Source: a virus. Taken from it: a stretch of DNA of 64,000 nucleotides. The notes under the pieces are model-generated. The model worked only from the letters and a program-made list of their open reading frames with translations, did no database searches and was not told the origin of the DNA. How positions within the stretch are numbered: position 1 is the stretch's first letter; the number at the start of each line of letters is the position of its first letter. The translations under genes were made by a program, and so were the position numbers. Where the stretch lies: the IMG/VR virus record IMGVR_UViG_3300025424_000009; one strand, given 5' to 3'. Of the stretch, positions 9,802 through 19,689 are shown piece after piece.

Positions 9802-10647
9802 TTGGCGAACAAACATAATAAATTGCGGAATACAGGTCTTCTATTTGAATTACTGGTTAGGCAATTCACAACAGACACACTTACTAAGAAAGAAGACTCT
9901 AGTTCAGTAGCAATATTGAAGGAGTACTTTAATAATACTGATATATTTAAAGAATACCAGATATACAATACAATAGCTAAAGCTAAGAATCTTTCAGATT
10001 CAAAAGCCGAAGTGTTATTAAGTGCATGTTTAGAATCCTACAAGAAGTTACCTAAAGATAGATTAAAAAATCAAAAATATAAGTTAATAGCAGAAATAAA
10101 GAAAAGTTATGATTTGGATGAGTTTTTTAAAGCAAAAGTTGATAACTATACTGTACTGGCATCTGTCTATAACTTGTTAGAAATGCATGCTAGCCCTAGC
10201 ATTGATATAGATAACTATTCTAAATGTAAAAGTACTATTTTAGAGCATATTACTTCTAAAAAAGAATCCCAAGACAACAGTCTTATTGAAGAATTTTCTA
10301 AATCTGATGAAGGTACCAGGGCTTTAATATATAAGATGACTGTCAATAAGTTTAATGAACGTTATGAAGGGTTAGATAACTCTCAAAAAAGCTTGTTAAA
10401 AGAGTATATCAACAATATATCTACATCCAATCATTTAAAAGAGTATTGCAACAAAGAGATTAACACTATAAAAACAGAACTGAAGAGTTATATAAAAGCT
10501 ATCCCAGATGAAGTTCGTAAGATAAAATTACAAGAGGTGTCTAACCTCATTAGTGAAATACCTTCATCAAGAAATGTAAATGAAAGTGATATCAGCAATA
10601 TCCTAAGTTATTTGGAATTATTAAAAGAATGTAAATCATTAAAATAA
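9802..10647 (+). CDS. hypothetical head-module protein
   Basis: 281-aa ORF, TTG start, helical/charged; directly after portal. Confidence 0.75.
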   Translation: MANKHNKLRNTGLLFELLVRQFTTDTLTKKEDSSSVAILKEYFNNTDIFKEYQIYNTIAKAKNLSDSKAEVLLSACLESYKKLPKDRLKNQKYKLIAEIKKSYDLDEFFKAKVDNYTVLASVYNLLEMHASPSIDIDNYSKCKSTILEHITSKKESQDNSLIEEFSKSDEGTRALIYKMTVNKFNERYEGLDNSQKSLLKEYINNISTSNHLKEYCNKEINTIKTELKSYIKAIPDEVRKIKLQEVSNLISEIPSSRNVNESDISNILSYLELLKECKSLK

Positions 10648-11085
10648 ATGTCTAGTATACCCGATACACTTACTATATCTACCTCTGAAGACATTTTCCT
10701 TAATAATAATTATAGGAACTCTTCAGTAGTAGAAACCATTAGCCTTATCAGCTCAATAGATAACAGGATATTTAACATACCTACAGGGTCACCTGCTCAA
10801 ATTGTGTCTTTTACAGGATCATTGGCAGGTTCGTTAGCAGGTAACATACAGAGCTCATCCTTGGCTTATTTAAGACTGACTAATATAGATACACAAGGAA
10901 CATTAAATCTCCTTGTTTCAGGCTCTATTTCAAGCTCATATGAAGTTCAACTACAACCTGAAAATTCATATACACTGAATAACACATGGATGTTAGGTGG
11001 TACAGAACATGTAACATCTATTTCAGCGTATGTATATAGTGGTTCTTCACCAATAGCATTAGAATATTATTCTGCAACTTATTAA
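10648..11085 (+). CDS. hypothetical Ser/Thr/Gly-rich protein (possible capsid decoration)
   Basis: 145-aa ORF abutting upstream stop; beta-rich composition. Confidence 0.65.
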   Translation: MSSIPDTLTISTSEDIFLNNNYRNSSVVETISLISSIDNRIFNIPTGSPAQIVSFTGSLAGSLAGNIQSSSLAYLRLTNIDTQGTLNLLVSGSISSSYEVQLQPENSYTLNNTWMLGGTEHVTSISAYVYSGSSPIALEYYSATY

Positions 11086-11094
11086 AAATAACAA

Positions 11095-11706
11095 ATGAAT
11101 CTCAATACAAGATATCAACAAGTAAAGGCCGGAGAGTTTTCAAAAGTAGATTTCTTAAAAGAAGCTAAGGAAGATACTCGTGTTAATAAGATTTTTTCAC
11201 ACCTTAACTCGTATGAAGAGGTAATAAACATCTTTAAAGAAAAGGGTTATATTACTGAAGTTAATGACTTTACTCCTGAAAAAGAGTTTAATTTCATGTC
11301 TATATTAAAAGAGTCATTGAGTGATTTAGGCAACTTAGAAGATTTTTCTTATCAAGTACAACAAGTAAACCCTTTTGAGTATGAAAAAGGTTGGAGATAT
11401 GAAGCTAGAGGTAAAAATCTAAACGAAGATAATGTAGTTATGTCTGCCCAAAAGAAAGCTATAGCTAATTTAAAGAAAGATCCATTATTCTACACTAAAA
11501 TAGAAATGGGTAAGCATGCCCCATCTGAAAAGGAAATAGAAGCTAAAAAGCATATTGACATTTCAAAAGGTCAAAACTATGTTGACAAGAATAACCAGAT
11601 GAAACCTGTTAAGATGACCAAACCAGATGTTAAAGAAGATGCAGAAAGGGTTAAAATTGAAAAAATCAAGACAAAATTGCTTGAGGATTTAAAAAAAAAA
11701 GCTTAA
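11095..11706 (+). CDS. hypothetical head-module protein; N-terminal part of putative -1 frameshift fusion
   Basis: 203-aa ORF ending ...GAT TTA AAA AAA AAA GCT TAA. Confidence 0.75.
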   Translation: MNLNTRYQQVKAGEFSKVDFLKEAKEDTRVNKIFSHLNSYEEVINIFKEKGYITEVNDFTPEKEFNFMSILKESLSDLGNLEDFSYQVQQVNPFEYEKGWRYEARGKNLNEDNVVMSAQKKAIANLKKDPLFYTKIEMGKHAPSEKEIEAKKHIDISKGQNYVDKNNQMKPVKMTKPDVKEDAERVKIEKIKTKLLEDLKKKA

Positions 11707-14084
11707 CCGATAAGCAACTTAACGAAGGAACCTGGTCAAAGTTAAAGTATGCATCTGCCCAATTACATAAATTAAAACCTAATTCAAAAAAAGGATTAGA
11801 GTTACAAAAGTTTGTGCACCAGGAAGCAGACAAGCAAGTTAAAGATAAAATCTCCGAAATAGAAGATGAGATAAATAAAATAAGTCCTGAATTCCCTAAT
11901 GAGGAGTCAAACGAAGATTTTTTAAAATGTGTATTTGTAATTGCCGGTGCCTATGACTCTGTAGTAGCTGCCACTAAGCTTGATGTTTCTGATAAAAACT
12001 ACATAGACCCCCTATTAGCTAATAAGATAATAGATGGATTAAAAAAATACACTACAATTATAAAAGATCATGACCTAGCAAGTACCTATAAAGTATTCAA
12101 AGAGTCTTTAAATGAGAATGTACAAGTACTGCCAGGAGAGGGTATAACTCAAGTTTTACAAAAAATGACAGGTATTAAGCTTGGTGCAAGCCAAAGTGTA
12201 GATAACCTAAAGGCTGCTGTTGAAAAAGTAGGTAATGGTGATTACGAAAAAGGTCTTGAAGTAACTAAAAAGCTATTTACAAACAACGGTGCAGGATCTA
12301 TAGACCAACAAGCAGATAAATTAAACGATGTTATTCAGCATGGGGGTAAGCTAGGGGATGCCTTTACTAAGGCTCAAGGAACATTCGGTAATAAAGGATT
12401 ATTCTCAGTTAAATTGCCACCGGCCACTACAGAAAAAATTGTAAATACAGTAGCAAAAATAGCTAATAAAGCTTCACAAGCAACAAGCCATTTAGATACT
12501 GTAAAGCATGCTGGAAATACAATAAAACATGCTGCTGCCTCTATTGATTTTAATTATGCTCCGTATATAGCAGCAGCAGGAGTTATAATAGGTACTGGAA
12601 TAGTTGTTGGAGCTGCTATAAAATATGCAAAATCTATAAAACCAACTGAATCTAGGTTAAAGACTTTACAAGGGTTAGAAGATAGATTACAACTAGTAGC
12701 AGAACCAGAGGATATATCTAAACCAATAGAGTTAAATCCTAAAGTGACTAATACTAAGACTAAAGAAACTGAAAAATCAGGAGTAACTGTGACTCCTCAA
12801 AACAATGAGCCTAAAAATGTAGCAACACCAACAGAAATAGAACCTACATCAGCAGATACCAAAGAAAAGAAGCCTGAAGTTAAAACAAAAGAAAAGGTTG
12901 ATAATAAAAAGGCTTCCAAAGAAGATGAAGATAAAACTGGCAATACTACGAAAAAAGAATCAGAACTTACTAAAACTGTCAGAAAAGTATCTGGAGAAGA
13001 AGAAAAGAAAAAACCTGAAATTAAAACAAAGAAGAAGGAGAGTAATAAGGAGACTACTAAAGAAGATGAAAAAGCAATAGCAAAAGAAGATGAATTAGAA
13101 TATGCCATCCCTCATAAGTATGATGTAAAATACCTAAAAGATAAAGAAGGAGTTGCTACAATAACCTTAACAGATTTAAAATATACCCCCGAATCTAAGA
13201 AACTTAAAAAGAAAGATATAGTAGTTGTAGTAGACCCTTTACTTAAAAAATATTATGAACGTCAAGCAAAAGAAAAAGGAGGATCTTTATATTCTGCATT
13301 AAATGACCTTTATAACAGACAATCTTCTGAAAAAAGAAAATTAATTATTGATTTATCGAAAGAACCTACTCAAGAAAAACTACAAAAGAAAGCTTTACAA
13401 ATATCCAAAGCATCTAAATTATCTGATGAGCAAATAAAAGAAGCTTTTAAAGCTAAATTATTGGAAGACTTATATACACCTTCATTAAGATTATTTATAC
13501 CAGATCCTAAAGGTAGACTAGTTGATAAAGATGATTTAGAAAGAGAATTAAGAAGTAACACCCCTGCTGACAATCAAAATTATGATAACGGTTCTAATGT
13601 ATACACAAATAAAATAGATTCAGAAAGACTAGTAAAAATTGACACCCTTATATCACAAATGGGAGAGCCTGGAGTGGCTATGTATAACAAATATGCTAAA
13701 GCATACGGAGCTGAACCTTATGATGGGAGAGCTAAAGTATTCAATCCAGTACAAGTACCGGCAGATGACAGAACTTACATAGACGGTAACGGAGACGTAG
13801 AGCCTGTGAAAAATAAAACAAAAGAGGTCTTTGAATCTCAAAAACCAAACTTTGTACCTGAAGCACAGAATTTCCTTCAAACATTGAACGATATTTATAG
13901 AAGGTGCATTCCTAAAACAGGTATTAAACCCTTCATAGAACATTTAGATAATTTAGATATGAAGGATCAAGAACCTAAATTAGCAATGGCCTACATAAAT
14001 CATAAACTAAAGGATACTAAGTGTGAATATAAAGAAGAATTGCAAAAAGCACTAGATAAAATAAAAGCTAAATACAAATCATAG
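11685..14084 (+). CDS. large hypothetical protein (possible internal/ejection protein); -1 frame partner of 11095..11706
   Basis: ORF-track start is GTG 11814, but the frame is open from 11685 (FKKKSLTDKQLNEGTWSKLKY...); hydrophobic segment APYIAAAGVIIGTGIVVGAAI; K/E/T low-complexity linker. Confidence 0.7.
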   Translation, partial: GFKKKSLTDKQLNEGTWSKLKYASAQLHKLKPNSKKGLELQKFVHQEADKQVKDKISEIEDEINKISPEFPNEESNEDFLKCVFVIAGAYDSVVAATKLDVSDKNYIDPLLANKIIDGLKKYTTIIKDHDLASTYKVFKESLNENVQVLPGEGITQVLQKMTGIKLGASQSVDNLKAAVEKVGNGDYEKGLEVTKKLFTNNGAGSIDQQADKLNDVIQHGGKLGDAFTKAQGTFGNKGLFSVKLPPATTEKIVNTVAKIANKASQATSHLDTVKHAGNTIKHAAASIDFNYAPYIAAAGVIIGTGIVVGAAIKYAKSIKPTESRLKTLQGLEDRLQLVAEPEDISKPIELNPKVTNTKTKETEKSGVTVTPQNNEPKNVATPTEIEPTSADTKEKKPEVKTKEKVDNKKASKEDEDKTGNTTKKESELTKTVRKVSGEEEKKKPEIKTKKKESNKETTKEDEKAIAKEDELEYAIPHKYDVKYLKDKEGVATITLTDLKYTPESKKLKKKDIVVVVDPLLKKYYERQAKEKGGSLYSALNDLYNRQSSEKRKLIIDLSKEPTQEKLQKKALQISKASKLSDEQIKEAFKAKLLEDLYTPSLRLFIPDPKGRLVDKDDLERELRSNTPADNQNYDNGSNVYTNKIDSERLVKIDTLISQMGEPGVAMYNKYAKAYGAEPYDGRAKVFNPVQVPADDRTYIDGNGDVEPVKNKTKEVFESQKPNFVPEAQNFLQTLNDIYRRCIPKTGIKPFIEHLDNLDMKDQEPKLAMAYINHKLKDTKCEYKEELQKALDKIKAKYKS
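11688..11715 (+). other. candidate -1 ribosomal frameshift signal (T TTA AAA, A10 run, hairpin)
   Basis: X XXY YYZ heptamer in frame; -1 frame open from 11685 to 14084; GCTTA-ACCGA-TAAGC hairpin 6 nt after the heptamer. Confidence 0.65.
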
Positions 14085-14085
14085 A

Positions 14086-14694
14086 ATGATACCATTAATA
14101 GAATATTTTCCAGTAATATTAACCGAAGCAGCTTCTTCATATACACCAGGTAAACCTCTTGTATTTAGGCATATATTACTTCAAAGAGCTAATTCAAAAA
14201 ATAGAAACGGACGTATATACCCTAAATCAGTACTAGAGCCTGTATTAGAGAGGTATAACGAGGAGTTCGTAAAGACCAGAAGAGCCCTCGGAGAATTGGA
14301 CCACCGATCGTCTATGATTGTGGAACTTAAAAATGTATCTCATTTAGTTACAGAAATGCACTGGGAAGGAGACGAAGTATATGGTGATATAGAAATATTA
14401 GATACCCCTTCTGGCAGAATATTAACAGAATTAGCAGTAAAGAAAATACCATTCGGAATCAGCTCCAGAGCCCAAGGTAGTGTAATGGAATCAGAAGATG
14501 CTATCATAGTTCAAAATGACTTAGAAATGATGTGTTTTGATACAGTATCTTTTGAATCAACACAAGGTTCCACTCTTGTTTTAAATGAAGGTTTAAATGC
14601 AATTAATAACAAGTATAACAAGATTGATAGTATATTATCGGACATAATATGTTCAAACACTAATTTCTGTCCTTGTAAATTAGATAAAAAATAA
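14086..14694 (+). CDS. prohead core protease (T4 gp21-like)
   Basis: NRNGRIYP, ALGELDH, GISSRAQGS, CFDTV..ES motifs; lies before scaffold and MCP. Confidence 0.9.
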   Translation: MIPLIEYFPVILTEAASSYTPGKPLVFRHILLQRANSKNRNGRIYPKSVLEPVLERYNEEFVKTRRALGELDHRSSMIVELKNVSHLVTEMHWEGDEVYGDIEILDTPSGRILTELAVKKIPFGISSRAQGSVMESEDAIIVQNDLEMMCFDTVSFESTQGSTLVLNEGLNAINNKYNKIDSILSDIICSNTNFCPCKLDKK

Positions 14695-14700
14695 TCCACG

Positions 14701-14748
14701 TATAATTTTCGTATATTTATTATTATAGGGGTATTCTTAATTACCCTT
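14701..14748 (+). promoter_or_regulatory. extended putative late promoter element plus hairpin (copy 2)
   Basis: TATAATTTTCGTATATTTATTATTATAGGGGTA followed by AGGGGTA/TACCCTT stem; upstream of scaffold-MCP. Confidence 0.65.
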
Positions 14749-14764
14749 TACACACCTTAATATT

Positions 14765-14829
14765 ATTACCTCCCATAGGTAATCAAGGTTAAAAACAAAA
14801 ACACATTATACCTCCTCCTAATAGGTATA
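14765..14829 (+). promoter_or_regulatory. two related hairpins in the scaffold/MCP leader
   Basis: ATTACCT-CCCAT-AGGTAAT (14765..14783) and TATACCT-CCTCCTAAT-AGGTATA (14807..14829). Confidence 0.5.
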
Positions 14830-14853
14830 CAAAATCAAAAACTAAAAAATTAA

Positions 14854-15963
14854 ATGAAAAAAAGCGTATTGGAAGAAGCTTTGGCAGATGCTAAAGAACT
14901 AAAAAGAATGGCAATCGAATCGGCTAAATTATCTCTTCACGAATCAATTACTCCTGAAATCGAGAAATTACTTTCTAAGCAATTAAATGAAGATTTAAAC
15001 GAAGAAGAAGAGTATGAAGATGAAGCTGCTAAACAAGAAGCTGGAAAGCCTAGCGTAATGGAGCAAATCTCTAGTCTTGGTCTTGATGAAACTACTTTAG
15101 CTGCAATTAAAAATGCATTAGGAGAAGGTTCAAACGAAGAAGAAGAACAAGATGAAGCTGCTGAAGGACAAGATGAAGTGGAAGAATCTTTTGATCTTGA
15201 TACTGCATTAGCTGAAATTGAATCAAAAGAAGCTGACGATAAAGAAGATGAAAAAGAAGAAATGGACGAATCATTAGACATTGATGCTATTTTAGCTGAA
15301 ATGGATTCTGAAGATGAATCTTATGAAGATTCAGAAGAAGATAATGAAGAAGATGCAAAGCATGAAGAAGATGAAGTAGACGAAGCCTTTGGTGATAAAG
15401 GTCCTGAAGCTGGTAAAACTGCTGAAAAAGGTAAAATAGTACATGCTGAACCAGACACTAAAGGATTTACAAAAGATTATATCGACATTCTTCACAAATT
15501 AGTTGACGACATGGCTAAAAGCTATGAAGCTGGCAAAGGTGCTGAAAAAGGTAAAGATATTAATACCGGTAAGGAAAATGAAACCAAAGGTAAAGGTACT
15601 GAAAAATTAGAAGAAGCAGCTCTAGCTAAACAATTAAAAGGTGAATTAAACGAATTGAAATTGTTTGCTGGTAAAAACATGTATTTAAATAAAGTATTGG
15701 TATTACCTAACTTAACTGAAGCTCAAAAAGCAAAAGCAATTACTGCATTTGATAAAGTTAAGACCCTTGATGGTGCAAAAACTACTTACGAAGTATTAAA
15801 AGCCTCAATCACTCCTACAAAAAGAAAACAATCAATCACAGAATCACTAGGATTTAGACAAAAAACTTCTGAAATTTTAATTGAGAGTGCTAAAAAATCA
15901 GAACCAATTCAATATTTACCAGAAGCTGTTGAATTCAAAAGAAGAGCTGGAATTAAAGATTAA
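14854..15963 (+). CDS. prohead scaffold protein (T4 gp22-like position)
   Basis: Highly acidic coiled-coil protein with many L-x-E motifs between protease and MCP. Confidence 0.8.
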   Translation: MKKSVLEEALADAKELKRMAIESAKLSLHESITPEIEKLLSKQLNEDLNEEEEYEDEAAKQEAGKPSVMEQISSLGLDETTLAAIKNALGEGSNEEEEQDEAAEGQDEVEESFDLDTALAEIESKEADDKEDEKEEMDESLDIDAILAEMDSEDESYEDSEEDNEEDAKHEEDEVDEAFGDKGPEAGKTAEKGKIVHAEPDTKGFTKDYIDILHKLVDDMAKSYEAGKGAEKGKDINTGKENETKGKGTEKLEEAALAKQLKGELNELKLFAGKNMYLNKVLVLPNLTEAQKAKAITAFDKVKTLDGAKTTYEVLKASITPTKRKQSITESLGFRQKTSEILIESAKKSEPIQYLPEAVEFKRRAGIKD

Positions 15964-15988
15964 TCAAAAACAAAAAAAATAAAACAAC

Positions 15989-17668
15989 ATGAGTACAATC
16001 TCACAATTATTAGAATCATCTAGGACTATGGAGGACAAAATGCAAGTCCTTACCAAGCTAGAACAAAAATGGGCACCTACAGGTCTATTAGACGGTAGTG
16101 CTTTGAAAGCTCATCCTTACGAAAAACGTAATATGGCTTTATTGCTTGAGAACCAAAACAAGCAAATCTTAGTAGAAGAACAAACTACCAATAAAGGTGG
16201 TGCAAACTTCATAGCAGGCTCTGGCGAACAATGGGCTGGTATCGTTTTACCAATGGTTCGTAAAGTATTCGCTGAAATTTCTGCTAAAGAATTCTTGAGT
16301 ACACAACCTATGAGCATGCCTTATGGTTTAGTGTTCTATCTAGATTTCCAATACAACAACCAACAACCTTATATAGGAGGTGGTGCAACTAGTAGATTTA
16401 ATGTAGGTGACAGTGTATATGGTACTACTAACACTCCTGGTGTTGACCCATTCGGTGGTTTGTATGGTGCTGGTAAATTCGGATATTCTATGAACGAATA
16501 TATAGCTATTGTACCTTCAGCTTCAATGACAGTAACAACTGCATCTTTAAGTGGTGCTGATACTAACTATAACGGTAATGTATCTGCATCTGCTGCTGCT
16601 TCTGGTTTACGTAAAGTAACTATCAACAGTGCTTCTGTAGTTATACCTAACCTTGATATAACTGCTGTAAGATCTTTCGTATTCACAGGTAGTGGAATCA
16701 GTGAAGGTGTTATCTATCCTGAATTTACTTCTTACAATAGTACATTTGACCAATTATCATTCATCGTTACAGGTAGTTTAACTACTGTTGCTGGTGGTGC
16801 TCCTAATGCAAATGTTACTACTTACTACTCAGTTCAAACTAGTGCTAACTTCCGTGGTGATTTTGAAGATAGTCCTTCAACTCCATTAACAGGTAGTAAC
16901 GCTATCTCTGAAATTGACATCGCTCCTTCAAGTAAAGGTATCACTGCTAAAACTCGTAAGTTAAAGTATAGCTACACACAAGAAGCTCAACAAGATTACA
17001 ACGCTTTCCAAAGCATTGATATCGAAGCAGAAGCTACAAGTATGTTAAGTGAATATATCTCTCGTGAAGTTGACTTAGAATTACTTGATTTAGTAAACCT
17101 AGCAGCAGCTCAAACTACAGAAGTATGGTCAGCAATCAACAACAAAACTTTTGATGCTACAACTAATACTTGGACTTTGAACAGTGCTACAACTGGATCT
17201 GGTTTCTACAACAGTCAACAAGATTGGTTCACCACTTTAGGTACTAAAATGCAAAGAGTATCTCGTGCAATCCATACCAAGACTCAAAGAGGTGAAGCTA
17301 ATGTTGCAATGGTATCTCCAAAAGTAGCTGCAATCATCGAGTCAATCGCTGGTTATGCTGCTGGAACTGATGGTTCTAAAATGGAGTATGCATTCGGTAG
17401 TAAAGAAAGCGGTAAATTGAATGGTAAATTCAAAATACTTGTTAACTCTTACATGCAAGAGAATACAATCATCATGGGCTTTAAGGGTTCTAATTACTTG
17501 GATAGTGGTGGTGTATTTGCACCTTACATTCCATTGATTTCTACACCTCTTGTGTTCGATCCAACTACATTCAAAATGTCTAAAGCTTTATCAACTCGTT
17601 ACGCTAAGTTGATAACTCGTCCGGAATTCTTCGGTAGAATTTATGTAGCTGACTTCAATAATTTCTAG
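15989..17668 (+). CDS. major capsid protein (T4 gp23-like)
   Basis: KWAPTGLL, LLENQ, LPMVRKVF, QPMSMP.GLVFYLDF, AKTRKLK, ISRE(V)D, GVFAPYIPL, TRYAK motifs. Confidence 0.95.
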   Translation: MSTISQLLESSRTMEDKMQVLTKLEQKWAPTGLLDGSALKAHPYEKRNMALLLENQNKQILVEEQTTNKGGANFIAGSGEQWAGIVLPMVRKVFAEISAKEFLSTQPMSMPYGLVFYLDFQYNNQQPYIGGGATSRFNVGDSVYGTTNTPGVDPFGGLYGAGKFGYSMNEYIAIVPSASMTVTTASLSGADTNYNGNVSASAAASGLRKVTINSASVVIPNLDITAVRSFVFTGSGISEGVIYPEFTSYNSTFDQLSFIVTGSLTTVAGGAPNANVTTYYSVQTSANFRGDFEDSPSTPLTGSNAISEIDIAPSSKGITAKTRKLKYSYTQEAQQDYNAFQSIDIEAEATSMLSEYISREVDLELLDLVNLAAAQTTEVWSAINNKTFDATTNTWTLNSATTGSGFYNSQQDWFTTLGTKMQRVSRAIHTKTQRGEANVAMVSPKVAAIIESIAGYAAGTDGSKMEYAFGSKESGKLNGKFKILVNSYMQENTIIMGFKGSNYLDSGGVFAPYIPLISTPLVFDPTTFKMSKALSTRYAKLITRPEFFGRIYVADFNNF

Positions 17669-17695
17669 TCTTAATTAACCAATAAAAACTGAAAT

Positions 17696-17727
17696 AAGCC
17701 ACTTCTAACAGAGTGGCTTTTTCTTTT
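17696..17727 (+). terminator. intrinsic terminator after MCP
   Basis: AAGCCACT/AGTGGCTT stem followed by TTTCTTTT. Confidence 0.85.
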
Positions 17728-17777
17728 ATACTAATAAATTATTTTTTGCTATTTATTAATGAATCAAAAATTAATAG

Positions 17778-18449
17778 ATGTCATCACTCCCTCACACTGA
17801 CGAAGTTTACAAACCAAAGAGAGTTTTAAAAAATCCAATAAAGTTTAAAATAGAGTTAACTGAAGAGCAAAAATTAGCAAAAGCATCTGTTTATGAAAAA
17901 GATATTACATTTATACTGGGGACATATGGCACAGGAAAAACGAATGTAGCGTGTAACATAGCCTTAGACATGCTTTTTAAGCGTCATAATGACATAGATA
18001 AGATTTATATAGCTAGACCTATAGATTTCTCAGCTACTGGTTATTTATCTGGAGATTTTTCACAAAAAGTAAAATTTCATATTATGCCTATCATGCAGAA
18101 TATGTATGCATCCTACGGTAAAGAAAAGATAGATAAGTATTTAGAAGATGGCACTATCGAAATATTACCTATCGACTATATGAAGGGAATGAACCAAATG
18201 AATAGTGTAACAATAATAGATGAGTTTGAAGATGTAAATTATAAAGACTTTAAGATGATCTTAACCAGGCTTTGTAAAGGTAGTAAACTTATTTTTACAG
18301 GTTCTGAAGAGCAAATAGATATTAAAGATAGTTGTATACCTTACATAAAGAAGTTAAAAGACTCTGGATTAGTAGGTTATCATGTACTTACTATTAACCA
18401 AAGAAATGAAGCTATTCAAAAAATAATTGATTTCATAGATACCCATTAG
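17778..18449 (+). CDS. phoH: PhoH-family ATPase
   Basis: GTYGTGKT Walker A, ARP, GYLSGD, YMKGMN, IIDEFED, LTRL..GSKLIFTGS.EQID. Confidence 0.88.
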   Translation: MSSLPHTDEVYKPKRVLKNPIKFKIELTEEQKLAKASVYEKDITFILGTYGTGKTNVACNIALDMLFKRHNDIDKIYIARPIDFSATGYLSGDFSQKVKFHIMPIMQNMYASYGKEKIDKYLEDGTIEILPIDYMKGMNQMNSVTIIDEFEDVNYKDFKMILTRLCKGSKLIFTGSEEQIDIKDSCIPYIKKLKDSGLVGYHVLTINQRNEAIQKIIDFIDTH

Positions 18450-18453
18450 TTTG

Positions 18454-18461
18454 ATATTTAT
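18454..18461 (+). promoter_or_regulatory. putative late promoter core ATATTTAT
   Basis: Intergenic, upstream of neck gene. Confidence 0.55.
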
Positions 18462-18487
18462 ACTAATAACAATTTAAATTTAAAACT

Positions 18488-19675
18488 TTGGCTACCGCAA
18501 TAGATATCCCCCAATATGCAGAATCACTGGTTCTGAGACCGGTCAAAGGTAATACCAATTTTGGATATTACGACAATGACCCCTCATTTTTATCAGATGC
18601 ACAAAAGTTTGCCAATTATGCTTACAGAAAGCTTGGTGGTATAATGGAGGATATCGAGTTACAAGATTTGCATTATTATACTGCTATAGAAGATGCAGTA
18701 ACCACTTTTGGAAAAGAGCTATATGAATATAAGATAAGGGAGAACTACCTCAGCCTAGAGGGTTCTCCCACTGGCTCTGTAACACTAAATAATACTGTAA
18801 TACAGCCTAATCTAGGCACTATAATAAGACTTGCACAGGATTATGGTACAGAGACTGGTACAGGCGGTAATACGACTTGGTATACAGGCTCTTTTCAAGC
18901 TACTATCGGAGTACAAACATACGACCTAAATGAATGGGCCATGTCATCTTCTGTAGTAATGCCTGGAGATGCTATAGAGATAAAAAGAGTATTCTATGAA
19001 ATACCCCCTGCTGTAACAAGATTCTTTGATCCGACAGTTGTAACTGGGATAGGTTATGAAAGTCTTTTAAGTAGCTTTGGATTTGATACCATGAGCCCGG
19101 CTGTTAATTATACCATGATGCCTATATACTATGATTTATTAAGGGTACAGGCTATAGAATTTAACGACATGGTAAGAAGGTCATCTTATACTTTTGAGAT
19201 GACTAATAACATTCTAAAAATATTTCCTATACCTGTTTGGGAGAGAGAAATAAGATTTGAATACATTAAATTATCTGAAAGAAACTCCCCTTATAGGTCT
19301 GTAGGAGGTGTAGTACCTCAAGGTAATATTACAAACATATCTAATGTACCTTACGATGCTCCTGTATATTCACAGATAAATATGATTTTTAAGAAATGGA
19401 TATTTGAGTATGGAGTAGCAATATGTAGGGAGATATTAGCCGGCATAAGAGGTAAATATCAAACAGTACCTATACCAGGTAATGATTCAAGTGTAACTCT
19501 TAACGGAGATGCACTAAGAGCTCAAGCAGATGCAGACAAAGATAAACTAATACTTCAGTTGAGAGATACATTAAATGCATCTTCTAGACAAAAGCAATTA
19601 GAAATGAAGGCTGCTGAAGCACAAAGTATGAATCAGATAGAGCAATATGTACCTATGCTAATTTACGTAGGATAA
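18488..19675 (+). CDS. neck protein (T4 gp13-like)
   Basis: YRKLGG..EDIELQD N-terminus, WIFEY..A..REIL..IRGKY..P...VTLNG C-terminus; position after MCP. Confidence 0.75.
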   Translation: MATAIDIPQYAESLVLRPVKGNTNFGYYDNDPSFLSDAQKFANYAYRKLGGIMEDIELQDLHYYTAIEDAVTTFGKELYEYKIRENYLSLEGSPTGSVTLNNTVIQPNLGTIIRLAQDYGTETGTGGNTTWYTGSFQATIGVQTYDLNEWAMSSSVVMPGDAIEIKRVFYEIPPAVTRFFDPTVVTGIGYESLLSSFGFDTMSPAVNYTMMPIYYDLLRVQAIEFNDMVRRSSYTFEMTNNILKIFPIPVWEREIRFEYIKLSERNSPYRSVGGVVPQGNITNISNVPYDAPVYSQINMIFKKWIFEYGVAICREILAGIRGKYQTVPIPGNDSSVTLNGDALRAQADADKDKLILQLRDTLNASSRQKQLEMKAAEAQSMNQIEQYVPMLIYVG

Positions 19676-19689
19676 AAAGATAATAAGAC

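Noticed and set aside
12898-13080. 60-aa Lys/Arg-rich plus-strand ORF nested in the 11685..14084 gene
   Set aside because: Alternative-frame by-product of the A-rich low-complexity linker; no initiation context
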